DNA of 64,000 bases from positions 114,000,414 through 114,064,413 of the forward strand of contig NC_068982.1 of the NCBI RefSeq assembly GCF_001194135.2, read 5' to 3'. The notes beneath the pieces were generated by a model, which saw nothing but the letters and a program-made list of their open reading frames with translations, was not told where the DNA came from and did not search any database. The position numbers were made by a program, and so were the translations under genes. The stretch comes from Octopus bimaculoides. Its lineage: Eukaryota. How positions within the stretch are numbered: the first letter of the stretch is position 1; every line of letters begins with the position of its first letter. Positions 37,694 through 50,260 of this stretch are shown here, in pieces.

Positions 37694-39575
37694 TTTAACA
37701 TCCATTTCCAATAAAGGATAGAGAATACAGGATGTTCATCTGCAAATAAGCTTGTGATGTAAGTTTAATTTATGAGTTATGAAGTTTATGAATCTCTTAC
37801 ATGTGGGGTTATTTCTAACAATTCTCAAATATTATTCGCGATATGTTTGAATTTCGTGACAATATTTGTAATCTGCATCAATTGAAGAAAAAGTAGGTGT
37901 GCTAATATTAAGATAATATTGTCTTCAACAAAAAGGAAATTGCAGCTAATATTTGTGTTGAGTGGAAGTAACTTTAGAGTACAACACTATATGTTGGGTG
38001 ATATTTAGCGACATTTTTTCTTTTCAATTTAAATTCAAATCCTTCTGAGGCTGGCTATGCCTTTCACCTACGATGTGTTGCTAAATAGATATCAGTATTA
38101 TATCGAGGTAAAAATAATAAATGTGAAATACTACTACAACATCCAGAGTAATCCCAGCCATGTTATCACCTGGGAACTGACTAATAGGAAGCTGAACCGT
38201 AAGAGTTCTTTCAAAATATGATCAAGATCTTATTGGAATAAAAAGGTGCCACTGCTGGTAACAGAACGTGCTATGAGTTACCATTCACGTGGCAACGCCA
38301 ATCCAAGATGTTATTGATAATTGATAATCTTATTTGGCATAATTTTACTGAAGACGTGTTAAGCTATTGTTTCGACTGTTTTTGAGTGAAATATCGTACT
38401 TGTGGTTCTTTCTAGACAAAAAATCCTCAAATACAGAGAGGGGAAATGTTCCTGACTATCTCGCATTTCCTAGTCGTTTACGCTCACTGGGCTGATGTTG
38501 TAGTATCAGTTTCCGGTTCTGTTGTTGTACAACAACTTATCCCTTGTTCACACTATTATAGAAAGAGTAAAGTCGATTAACTCAACCCTGTTGAATGTGT
38601 AGCTCTCTTTTATTAATTTTGAGATGGTGACGACGGGCCAGCCAAGCCACGATTGGGTTTGATCAAAAACTTGCACAATTCACTCTTCTATGAATCTGTC
38701 CTCAGAGTAGGTTTGGTTGGCGATTGCAGAAATCTTAAATTGATACCAATGTATTAACAATTGCTATTTATCAATCTAACGTAGGATCTGAACTCAAAAA
38801 CATAAATACCACACAGCAGTTAAGTATGAGGCATTAAGGCACTGTACCATTTTTTACATTACAATAATATTAGCTGCAATTTTGTATTCTTTGAAAGTCG
38901 TATTATTTAAATACTTGCACATCAACATTTTCTCAATGGTGACAATATTTGGTGTCAATATATATATAATATGTCAAATAAAGCGAAGAAACTAAACTCC
39001 AACGCATTTATAGAAAAAAATTCTCCTTGGATAAAAATCTTAATAAATACAGGATTGGGAGAATTCTAACATTTCCAGCTGCGTTCTTTTTTTATGAATA
39101 ATTTATTGACCCCGAAAGGATGAAAGGCGAGGTTGTCTTCAGCAGAAATTCAACTCAGAAGACGGATGAAATGCTGTTAAGTATTTTTCCTAGTATTTTC
39201 TGTGTTGTATAGCCTCAGTGTTTCTTCAAAGACTTCTTAGACTTACCCTTGTTACGTTAGACAAGAACAACATAAATATTAACTATGCTTTACCGTTTCA
39301 CTCAACACCATTTGTACCATAAAATGTTACTGTTCAGCTTTAGCACAGCGCTACATTTTTCCAGAAATGGATGAAGTTGATTTAACTGACGCCTTAGATT
39401 GATATTTATTTTTTGGAAACTGGAAGGATCAAAAGCAAAATCGATCATAGTAAGAATTGAACTCAGTATGTAGAAGAATGGAATTAAACGCTAAAATAAT
39501 CTGGATAAACTTTATTTCTTTTTACTGTCTTACAGCCTAAGATACAAGACCACCTTCTTTCTGTCTTCCTCACTC

Positions 39576-39604
39576 CTGACGAGGGCCAAGAGCCCGAAAC
39601 GTCA
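39576..39604 (+). ncRNA. Minimal Penelope-type hammerhead motif
   Basis: CTGACGA-GGGC-caaga-GCCC-GAAACGTC: an intact core, a 4-bp stem II and the palindromic ACGT stem III of dimeric minimal hammerheads. Stem I is not evident. Confidence 0.55.
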
Positions 39605-41207
39605 TATTATTCACTCCTCACGATAAGTAAAGTTATTGAATTCTTCTACAACTTTACTAAGGCCTTATTATGTAGCTTTATTGTTTCTACGAGAATAATT
39701 TCAGCAGTTTTGTTAAGCAATAAATATAATAATGGTTTCATCCAAAGTTATTGAAGTTGTTAATTTTGTGCAGCTGTGCTTACATAATGCCATGTACGTT
39801 AATGTATTAATGTCGTGGTATTTAAGCACAATCATCCGGCAAAGAGCATATTTTATTATTGGTTGCTTTACTACTAATTAACAAAATCTGGTTGCAATAC
39901 ATTATGGAAAATGTTGCCATAGAAAGAGAAGCAGTTGGGTTCGAATCGCCGAGGAGCCGACATGATATTAATGGTAATATTCTCCGTCAAACCACACTTT
40001 ACACTCTTAAAAGTAAACATTGAAACATTTAATTGTAAATACACAATGTCTGAAAACTATGATGGAGCGTCACAGTTGGAACTCTTTGATCAGAATTGTT
40101 CAAACAATAGCATGAGCGCAAACAATAACATTGGAGTAAACGAAATAGTATATTTTGGTTTAAAATATAGACAGCTTCGACCAAGTTAAACTGACTCTCT
40201 AAACGTTTAACTCCAAGTGAACTGTTACTGACCAGCGCCAACGTCGGAGCTTCTACGTCTTTGAGTCGATCTGCCAGAAAAAAAAAAGACAGAGAAATTA
40301 TCAACAAATCAAGCCTTGTCTTATAAATAAGAAAAGATACATTTTTAAATACAGTTCTTGTCAGAATGTCTGGCAATAACACGGGATGATCACTAATGGA
40401 ATGCTTTTTAAGATTAGTTACCAGATGAGCGTTGTTTCTAGAACAAAGTGTCTGTCTCTTCAATTGAATTTAATGAATATCTAGACAGAAGTTCGGAAAA
40501 GAGCAATCTAGCTTCGTCATATCTTTAGCACCTGAGGAATAAAATAGCATGCGTAGTCTAATAAGGTCTATTGGATCAAATTTAATTTTCTTGGAACTAA
40601 TAAGCTTAACAACTTATTAGTTCCCAGGTCCTAACGAGGGAGAACAGTTCAGTGATAAGTCATTGACAGGAAGTAATTTGCTGAAATATCTTTCAGCAAT
40701 TTAAAATCAATTTCGGACAAATATTATTCTGAGGTTACGAAACTATATTTCAGCGAAAAATATCCAGAAATTCTGATATTATATTACATTCCCTTGTGAA
40801 TAAGTTGCCATTGCAAATATCTAAATAAAACAAATTGATAAATTTTCAGGGTTTAAATTTTATTAAAATTGTTATCTCTTGAGAAATATGGAATTTTATT
40901 GATTCTGATGCAAACAACGAATCAAGGAAGTGGCACAACTTCCCTTCCACTTTCCAATTTATTCTCTTGATAGCCTTTTGATTGAAACACGTGATTCTGT
41001 GCAACGTGTACAAATAACAAAAATAGTTAAACAGTTAATGAAATCTGAATTAAACACACTCAATATGAATATATATATATATATANNNNNNNNNNNNNNN
41101 NNNNNNNNNNNNNNNNNNNNNNNNNNNNNNNNNNNNNNNNNNNNNNNNNNNNNNNNNNNNNNNNNNNNNNNNNNNNNNNNNTGTGTGTGTGTGTGTGTGT
41201 GTGTGTG

Positions 41208-41295
41208 TATGCCACCTTGGGAAAGTGTCTTCTACTATAGCCTCAGGCTGACCAAAGCCTTCTGAGTGGATTTGATAGACGGAAACTGGAAAAAG
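41208..41295 (+). mobile_element. SINE fragment (caccttgggaaagtgtcttctactatagcctc...gacggaaactg)
   Basis: Recurrent block; related copies at 12365-12495 and about 52555-52650. Confidence 0.65.
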
Positions 41296-42459
41296 CCTTT
41301 TTATTGAACTTCTAACTGTTATTTTTTCAATCTGTGAATACCCAGTGAAAGAAGAGGGCTGTTTTGGCTCTTTTTGCTTAAGAAAAGCAAGTTGTATGTT
41401 GTTATTCTTATTGTTTAGCCCTAGGTAATGTGTGACTGAGCAGACATATGGTCAAAACACATTCCATTCGTAACCATTCCAACTTTGCGTTGTCTTTGAC
41501 ATTATCCGATACATAATTCCCTTTCTGGTAAGGCATGATTTTATGGATATTTGAATGCTAACAGGTCGAATGACTTCATAGAATCAACTTGATTAGTGCG
41601 TTTAGGTTGCATATATAGGAGGTCTGTATGCCGAGTGTAGGAATAGGTAGAGAGAAATAAGAATGAGAATCTCAATAAAAATGGAAGAGTGAATATTGTG
41701 AGCCTGTAAAAAGAGCCAATCGAATATGAGTGGAAAGAGAGTTCTATCATGCCTCAAAAATAAGAAATACTTTTGAAATCATTTTCGAAATGTACAATCA
41801 GTCAAAATAAGAAATAGTTGGTTAAACAATCATATGGTATACATCTGGCTGTGTTATTGTAAAACATTTGAAGACGCCACATTCATACAATACATTTTGG
41901 TATCAGAAACAGCATGGCACTACATCCTTAAATGTATACACAAACATGTTACACATAACTGCGTCCACTGAAAAGAAAGTCATCGTATATGTTATCATTA
42001 TTTTAGAGTTCATAGCCGATAGTTTTGATGGTGATATTTGTTTCTGAAGTTTAATCAGCTTAAACCAGTTAGCATCTATTGGCTGAGATCTAGGTAAGAA
42101 AATATTTTCTACACATGCGTCGCATCTAAGTCGATCGTAGTAAACATATATGTATATGCATGACTACGTACCCTCCCATACACACATGTATAACTCGGAA
42201 AGATTTTCAGCTCATTGCTATCTGGATCAGGAGAGACTGCTACTCCAGATTCCTAGGCAGTGCGTGAGCTGAGGATCGAAATGTGTTTGGATACATTGTT
42301 TGATGTGCATATTACCAAGATAACAAAAATATTCAGACGATGATTGGCGAGATGAATTTTCACATGATCCAAGAAGAGAGAAAATTAAACTGTGTTGATC
42401 CTATGATAAACTTTTGTTTCGAACCGTATAGATTACTGTTCTCAATTATGGTTGCAACG

Positions 42460-42681
42460 TATTAGGGGGTGCTGAAAAATTCCTGGCTTTGGGTTAAAAA
42501 AAAAATACCGGAGGATCAATTAATTATGATTTTATCCAACATATCCCCTCTCAGATTCACACACTTATTGCCGGGGTCCTTTAGTTTTTCTAAGCTTTCT
42601 AAAAGAACTCGGCAGGCTGGACCTCCAACCAAGCCTTTTACGAAACGCTTAAAGCCAGGAACTTTTCAGCACCCAATCATA
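42460..42681. mobile_element. Tc1/mariner-derived MITE (~220 bp)
   Basis: TIRs gggtgctgaaaaattcctggcttt (42467-42490) and aaagccaggaacttttcagcaccc (42651-42674), 23/24 complementary, with TA dinucleotides at the outer ends. Confidence 0.85.
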
Positions 42682-44240
42682 TTGTTAAACAGACCGTGAA
42701 CTCGAAGCAATCTAACACCAAGAAAACTGCATTTATGCCGCGTTACCATTTTTGTTATCAGTATCACCACAACTAGAACCTCTGCATCATCACTAATACC
42801 ACTGCTTCGTCCACAACCATTACCCGCATCATCATTGCCACCATAACTACCATCATCATCCATACAACCATCTCATCCTCAACCGCAACCGCCACCACCA
42901 TTATCATCATCATCACCACCACCATCCTATGCAAAAAGCATCATTATTATCATCATCACCAACAGTAGCAGCGGCAACATTGGTAGTTGTTTTAGATCTG
43001 AACATACTCGAATAATTAGGATCCTTTCAGCTATATCTAATATAATAATTAATATTTCCGAGAATTCAGATTAATAAGTGGTTCCTGGAAGGAAGTGTAG
43101 ATTTTGAAATCAAAAGCAGGAATCTTTTGTTGTTGGAAATATGCTTAATTATCAAATAGATTTTTAAAATTTCGAAATCGAAAAATTAGAAGTTATTCTG
43201 CAACTGATTAAAGAAACTCGTTTTGATCCCGTTTCCGTCATCGTGTATTCAATAAATATTGTATTAGTTTACATGTCTGAAACGGCCACTTTGATGCTGT
43301 TACACAACGGGATACTGATAACAGTAAATTACAATAATTTACTTTCCTTTTTTCAAAGCTTTTTATTTTCGGATGAGGGAGGAAAACCAAGTTATAAATA
43401 TTGTAAAATTAAATATAAAGATAATTAAGCGGAAACATAATTAAGTGTAAAACTAATTAGATAATATTTTATAGCATTAAAAAAATCAGAAAAGGAAAAG
43501 AAACGCAAGCATGGGTGAGTTCATAATGTGCCAAGCTATTAGTTGAATATTCATGATTCGTACCAGTGTCACTGGCGTTGTATTGTGTCTGTTGATTAGA
43601 CATTTAGCTACTTAATAGCTACTTAATGCACCGAACTATAGGGTGGTAACCAGAATTGGTAACTAGAATTCTCGTTTCTTTTCCGATGGGCAAAGCAATA
43701 CAGAAGTTCTATGTCTCATCGCTCAATGTTAAAGATATTGTTTCTTTTAGAACGCTTAGAAAAACTAAAGGACCCCTGCAATAAGTGTGTGAATCTGAGA
43801 AGGGAATATGTTGGATAAAATCATAATTAAGAATTCTTGAAGAGAATTTGATTAAAATCTTACTCCAGATTATTAAGAATCTTATTAAAAAGAACGACAC
43901 AAAATAAGTACAACACTTTGAAATAAACCCCCCACCTTAAATATAAACATACGAGAAAATAGCAGAAGATTTTAAATAATTTCGGTGGAGAAAGAGGGTC
44001 TGCGACCATGGCCTATACAAAGCTCTTAGGTTGGGGGAAAGAGTGATGTAGTTGATGCTTAGCTCAAACTTTACATATTGTTCCATGTAGGAAAACTTAG
44101 TAGGCGGCGGTTCAGTGGTTACTGAGCTTTATGTTTAGTTCAAGATGTGTGGCGGATATGGATATAGTAGGAGTGATGCAAAAAAAAAAAAAGAACACGG
44201 GACTACAATGTCTTGGATATGTAAGAACAATGGCAGAAGC

Positions 44241-44325
44241 AGAAGAAGAAGAAGAAGAAGAAGAAGAAGAAGAAGAAGAAGAAGAAGAAGAAGAAGAAGA
44301 AGAAGAAGAAGAAGAAGAAGAAGAA
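44241..44325. repeat. (GAA)n microsatellite
   Basis: Perfect run; explains the poly-E and poly-R ORFs. Confidence 0.95.
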
Positions 44326-44924
44326 ATGACCTAAAGAAGCAGCACTGCGTTTGTTGAGAAGTTATAGTGTGTTGCAGCAGGTGTTAGAGTGACTATTTGC
44401 CAATCAGACAGATGGACTTTCTTTCTGCATGCGGTTGAGCATGATTGTGCATGTAGTGTAAGCACCATCCTAGATATGTAATACATTAATGGGTTTTTTA
44501 ACTTGATCTTTGTAGACAGTCAGCATCTTACTAGAGCTGAAATATTTAATAGAAGCCCTGTCTTTGGCATGCTGCTTTGCCAGATGTGTGGTTTCCATGG
44601 AGATAAATACTATCCTTATGAAACGTTGTGATTTGGTAAAAGAACAATAAATAATGAAGTAAATTAATACTAAGGGAATATAGCGTCGGTCCATAACAAT
44701 TATATACTTTTTAGAGTTCTGATCTTACCAGAGAAATATTTCAATTAGTTAATTGTATGAATTTCCCATACAAACATAAAATTTACATTTTTATATCGTG
44801 TCATATATTGTCTAAGAATGCATGCATACTAAATAAGAAAATACATACACATATATAAATGTACACACATTCATGTACATATATATGTATCTTTCTCTCG
44901 AAGCAAAACATAAATATGAGACAT

Positions 44925-45300
44925 CAAGGAATAGGAAATAAGAAAACACCTAGATTTGACAATCGATATAGTCTCTACGAAATTAATATGGAAAATGTGA
45001 CTCACATCATAAGCAGCTGTCTGAAACTGTCAACATGATAATATCAACCTTTGAGTTATGATCTAATGATCGAAACACCACACAGCGGGAGAATAGTTTC
45101 GAAGTTCAACATAAAAAAGGTTACAATGACGTAGAGAGCACACACACCTTTGATATCAATAAATTACTGAAGAAACGTTCCGGTCAAAACCTTTGTATAA
45201 TACATATGAGCAATTTGCAAGAGACATTAAAAGAAAAGAAAAGGTGTACACTAACAGAAATTTGTTGTCCAGTAGAAGTTAATATATGTAATATAAACGA
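44925..45300 (+). mobile_element. Highly decayed R4/Dong-like fragment
   Basis: DNR.SL..INMENVTHIISSCLKLS (CCHC knuckle region) and KEKKRCTLTEICCPVEVNI (RLE region). Confidence 0.5.
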
Positions 45301-46752
45301 AGGAAAACATGTGCTTATATGCATACATGCATGAAAACATAACACATACGTACTCTTGAATGTTACATCACGTCACATTTAGAAGGTTATGCTTTTGTAA
45401 TACAAAGGGAGATATCGACTCAAAGAACAAACCAGACGGCGGCTGCTTCATTCCTTTTTCCCGTTCTTGGTCATAATTCCCTCGCGATGTTAACAATGGC
45501 TTCATATTGTCTGGTAAAATGCGTCAACAGTGACTGATAAGATATAAGATAAGCAGTCGAGTAATCCACGAGGAAATGTGATAAATATTTCATGATTTTT
45601 TTTTTATACGGTATATTTGAGGTGCACTCTTACCTTTTGTTTTATTCACACAAATAAAAATTTGGCAGCGCTTGCAATGATCATATCCAATATCTGACGG
45701 CCTGGTCGACTGGAGTGTTAACTGATTTCATATAATTTCATATCGAAGATATTACTTTTAGCTTCATGGGATCGATAAAAGAGCTACAGTTTCATGGTTT
45801 TTCAAAACTAGCACTTTTATAAATATATAAAAGCTTTTGGCTGCGGATTAAATTTAAGACAAACTTTCATGAATGTTTATGTTTATTTCATAGTTCCGTA
45901 TTTACACGTGTTTAATGCAGGAATGTAATTTCAATCCCAATTATTGTAGCTCAAAATCAGTAAAGTATTATACATCAGTTTATTTTAATGTAAAACTGTT
46001 CAATTTAGAATAATTTTGTTCCAAGTTTGATTCAAATCAATATATCTTAATACTAACAGTTTTTAATGGAAATTATCACTTTCGGAATAATGTATTTTAA
46101 TCTAATTTAAATATATTTTTATCTAATTTAATTAAGAATACGTGTTTATTCACTCCTATCACGAAAAAAGAAAAAAATACGATAATGAGTTATTAATACT
46201 GACGAGTCTTCCTTTCACTAAATTTTGCATAATAAAACTTCACGTCATACCTTATAATTTTTTTTTGTGTCGAAAGAAGTCCCGTTCAGTGATTTCATGT
46301 ATTATATTTAACTACAATTTCATCCATCCAAAATGAGTCCATGATGCAAAATTAAATTGCAAATTAAACAACTTGCTTTAGAAATCGGATAGTATGAAGG
46401 TAAATATGGTAATATAAAAATGATACACTTCCGTTATTTGAGAGAGAGAATCACAGTGGCTATTCCACAATCACGTGAAATTTAAATAGTAAGCGCTGTC
46501 ATTATTTTTTTATATGACGGAAATGTTCGGCACAGCTATTATTAAATTCTAAATTTGTGGATTTCCTTTTAAATGCACAATTGCAGTGTTTTAGCTTTTG
46601 CAGGGAAAATTGCAATAACCAACAAACAATGTTTACAAAGCTGGAATATGTAATGAAAAAATTCCTTCGTTGCATTCAAGACGCTCCGTATCTTTACGTG
46701 ACACCAGCCTCACGAAAATGGCAGCGACCCTGCTTTGAGGAGGCCGAACCTA

Positions 46753-47134
46753 GTTGGCACTCCGTCGCTTACGACGACGAGGGTTCCAGTTGATCCGATC
46801 AACGGAACAGCCTGCTCGTGAAATTAACGTGCAAGTGGCTGAGCACTCTACAGGCACGTGTACCCTTAACGTAGTACTCGGGGATATTCAGCGTGACATA
46901 GAGTGTGACAAGGCTGGCCCTTTGAATTCCAGGTACAACAGAAAGAGGAAGTAAGAGTGAGAGAAAGTTGTGGTGAAAGAGTACAGCAGGGTTCGCCTCT
47001 ATCCCCTGCCGGAGCCTCGTGGAGCTTTAGGTGTTTTCTCTCAATAAACACTCACAACGCCCGGTCTGGGAATCGAAACCGCGATCCTATGACCGCGAGT
47101 CCGCTGCCCTAACCACTGGGCCATTGCGCCTCCC
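46753..47134 (-). mobile_element. Full-length tRNA-derived SINE, 12-bp TSD
   Basis: aggccgaaccta at 46741-46752 and 47135-47146. The head on the minus strand has A- and B-box-like motifs (tggcccagtgg; ggtttcgattccc). Confidence 0.93.
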
Positions 47135-48084
47135 AGGCCGAACCTAAACAACTCAAAAACAACAAAACAGTGGAGCAAGTACAAGTCAATTATGCCAAAA
47201 TACCATAATTATACTATTTGAATAGAGAAAGAAATGTGTGGAAAAGAAAATAATATTCCTTCTTTTTTTTTTTTCACAAGCAAAGAAGACAACTCTGGAA
47301 GGCAAGTTTCTGTCTTCTTACGACCTCATCGAAAAAAGTACAGCCCTCAGCGTACTTAGTGAAATGAATTAGGAATGAGAAAAATCACTAAATAAACATA
47401 CAATTACTGTACATTAATTTGTGTAAAAACTACATTTCTGTACAGAATAAAATCAACTCATAGACGCCATCCATATGAAAAAAAAAATAGTTAAGTTAGT
47501 ACAAGCATATTTAATCCAGGGAAGATTAAAAATAGCCGCAGGCAGCTTTCAGCTTTTTCTATCCATGGATATTTTTAAACTCTATACTTACACGCTACTA
47601 TTTACAGCTTTTTACTTCGAGATCCGCTGCTCCAAAAAAAACTATTATTTCACGTTCTCTCGAAGTTTATAAATTCTTATTCGCGCACGCGCGTGTGTTT
47701 GTGTGTGCGTGCGTATCTGTGTAAGTATCCATTTTGGAACTTCTGCTGATGCAAGATCGGGATCGGGGGAGACTCAACGTTGAAAGATGGCCGGTTAAAA
47801 GTAGTAGTTAAATCCACTTTAAATCACATCATACTAATTAGAAACAAAGGTAAGAAGCCTTTTAACAATTTAGTCTTACATACATCTTCTGAACATGAAG
47901 TTGTCGTGGCTGGAACGCCTTTGATTATGCTTGCTCGATCATTATTGACCTGGGGTTAAATTACAGCATTCATTCATTGTTTTCATATATGACGGATTTT
48001 GTTAGAGATTTGATAAATTATAGGAGAAATGGAAACAACTTCTTTGATATTAGAACTAAGGAAGAGTGAAGAAATTTAGTCGGA

Positions 48085-49062
48085 ACTAGCAGAGATACCC
48101 GGCGTTGCTCGGGGATTAAAATGGCATAGTTTGCATATATATTGCAGTCATGTTGAAACAGGTGATGCGAGAAAGTGTAGCACTGACGACAAGACATTTG
48201 TGGAGTAAATAATGGGCGAATTCGACTAAGCGACATGTCATACGTCCGTTTGGAGTATTCCAGGCCCTAACTTGTCATGACAAATTGGTGGTGGGTATGT
48301 GCATGCCTTTGCTGATATTGAAAAAGTTTCATCTCGCTTCTGTCTTGAGACTCCATTTGATGTGCTGCGGCATGCCTTTGCTGATCTTGGGAAAGTCTCA
48401 TGTTGCTTCTGTCTAGAGACTCCATTTGACGTACTGCAGCATGCCATTGCTGATTTTGGGAACGTCTCATTTCCCTTCTCTATTGAGACTCCATTAATTT
48501 AAGGGTAAATATGTAATTGCCAATACCTTGCAACTTTGCAACTGCTGCGATAATTATGAACTGGTAATTGAACGGTAAATATGTACTTTTATATACCTTG
48601 GACCTGTCATTTAACTGTTTTTTGTCAAGAATTTCACCTCCAACCGTTCGTTATATCAGGCAACACACATACACTGACACACCATTCCGCTGTCATAGCG
48701 GTAAAGACGGAAAGTTACCAATGCGTAATGTTGTTCACATTAGGATATAAATTATTCATTTATTTATCACAGTAGAATTAGAAGTGAAAGAATAAAAGCG
48801 TAACAATATTATACGCTTAGAATGAACAGTGAAAGAATAAAAGTGAAACAATATTATATGACATTACAATACAGATCTTATTCTTTCACTACTGACACGT
48901 AATACCGAACCAGTGCCAATGTTATATTGTTTTAATCCAATTGAAAAAATCACATGCTGACATTCAGGGGGTCTGATAGTATTACCTTGTAAAATTTGAT
49001 TTGATCTGATAGAACCGTTTGAGAATGCATAAGGAACAGACAAAAAAATTTATATATATAGA
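48085..49062 (+). mobile_element. Non-autonomous Lep1/HINE-like Helitron-type element with 69-bp and 45-bp internal tandem repeats
   Basis: 5' ACTAGcagagataCCCGGcgttgCTCGGG; 3' aaaatttga..aaccgtttgag..acagac..tttatatatatagac. Three 69-bp units start at 48301, 48370 and 48439; a 45-bp dimer lies near 48785-48860. Confidence 0.6.
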
Positions 49063-49614
49063 CAAGGAAGTCAATTTGTAGACAGAACTTAGAAACCCCG
49101 TTTGAGTGCATAAAGCTTCAGAAGAAAATTGCTTGAGTAAAAAAACTTGAGCCGCTTTAGGATAACTTTTTCTAATGCATGACCGCTCAGTGACGTGGTT
49201 GAAATCTCATTGGTTAGTAATAAAGGCTTATCGGCTGTATGTGGCCCATAGCGGTCATACGTACGCGTGCACGACTGCATGCACAGCGTTTTTCGATAGA
49301 GGGAGAAATGTAAATAGTGTATTTAAATAGACGGAGTGCAAAATATTTTAAATAAGTAAAGTAATGTTGTAGGGAGAACATACAAATATCGCAACGACAA
49401 AGATATTTACGCACGACAAAACTGAAATACACTGAAGTCAATTTTTAGGCAGATGTGGCAAAACTGAATTTAAACACACTGGGTGAACAAAAATTAAAAA
49501 TAACTAAATTATTTTTCAGGGAGAACGTGCAAAATCCGTAACAACAGAGATTTTTACGCATGACTAATTAAAATACACGGACGACTATTTGTAGACAGAA
49601 GTTAGTAAGTGTTA

Positions 49615-49846
49615 AGGCGGCGAGCTGGCAGAAACGTTAGCACACCGGGCGAAATGCTTAGCGGTATTTCGTCTGCTGCTACGTTCTGAGTTCAAATTCC
49701 ACCGAGGTCGACTTTGCCTTTCATCCTTTCGGGGTCGATTAAATAAGTAGCAGTTACGCACTGGGGTCGATATAATCGACTTAATCCGTTTGTCTGTCCT
49801 TGTTTGTCCCCACTGTGTGTAGCCCCTTGTGGGCAGCAAAGAAATA
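49615..49846 (+). mobile_element. Young full-length SINE (tttgtctgtccttgtttgtccc tail variant), 16-bp TSD
   Basis: agaagttagtaagtgt at 49597-49612 and 49847-49862; CpGs intact. Confidence 0.93.
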
Positions 49847-50028
49847 AGAAGTTAGTAAGTGTGTGACGGAGTTAAGGAGAGAGAGAGAGGAACTATTACA
49901 GAGGGTAAGAGAGAATATGTGTAAGCAAGAGAATCAGAGAATGAGAAAAAGAGAGAGAGGAGAAAAATAAACAGAGAGAGAGAGAAAAGGGAGAGGATCG
50001 GTTGAAAACTGCAGAAGTTTTTAGAGAA

Positions 50029-50192
50029 AAACCCGTGTAAAACACTGTTTTTCCCGGTTTCTCGTTTTAAGCGGGAGCTCTGGGGAAAATGTTATAGTGC
50101 ATGACCATCCTTGGCACATAAGTAATGCGTGTGTAATGTTTGGTGAAAATCGGTAGAAAACTGTAGAAATGCTACACACACACACAATCCTT

Positions 50193-50235
<43 letters not shown>

Positions 50236-50260
50236 TAGATAGATAGATAGATATAGATAT
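50029..50260 (+). mobile_element. 3' part of another Lep1/HINE-like element
   Basis: ccttggcacataag..gtgtaatgtttggtgaaaatcggt..(CA)n..ttttatatata..gat: the same terminal architecture as 48085-49062. The 5' end is not defined. Confidence 0.45.

Noticed and set aside
45615-45720. Strong minus-strand donor AAG|gtaaga in a CpG-rich region
   Set aside because: No acceptor, ORF or promoter evidence; such motifs arise by chance in 64 kb.
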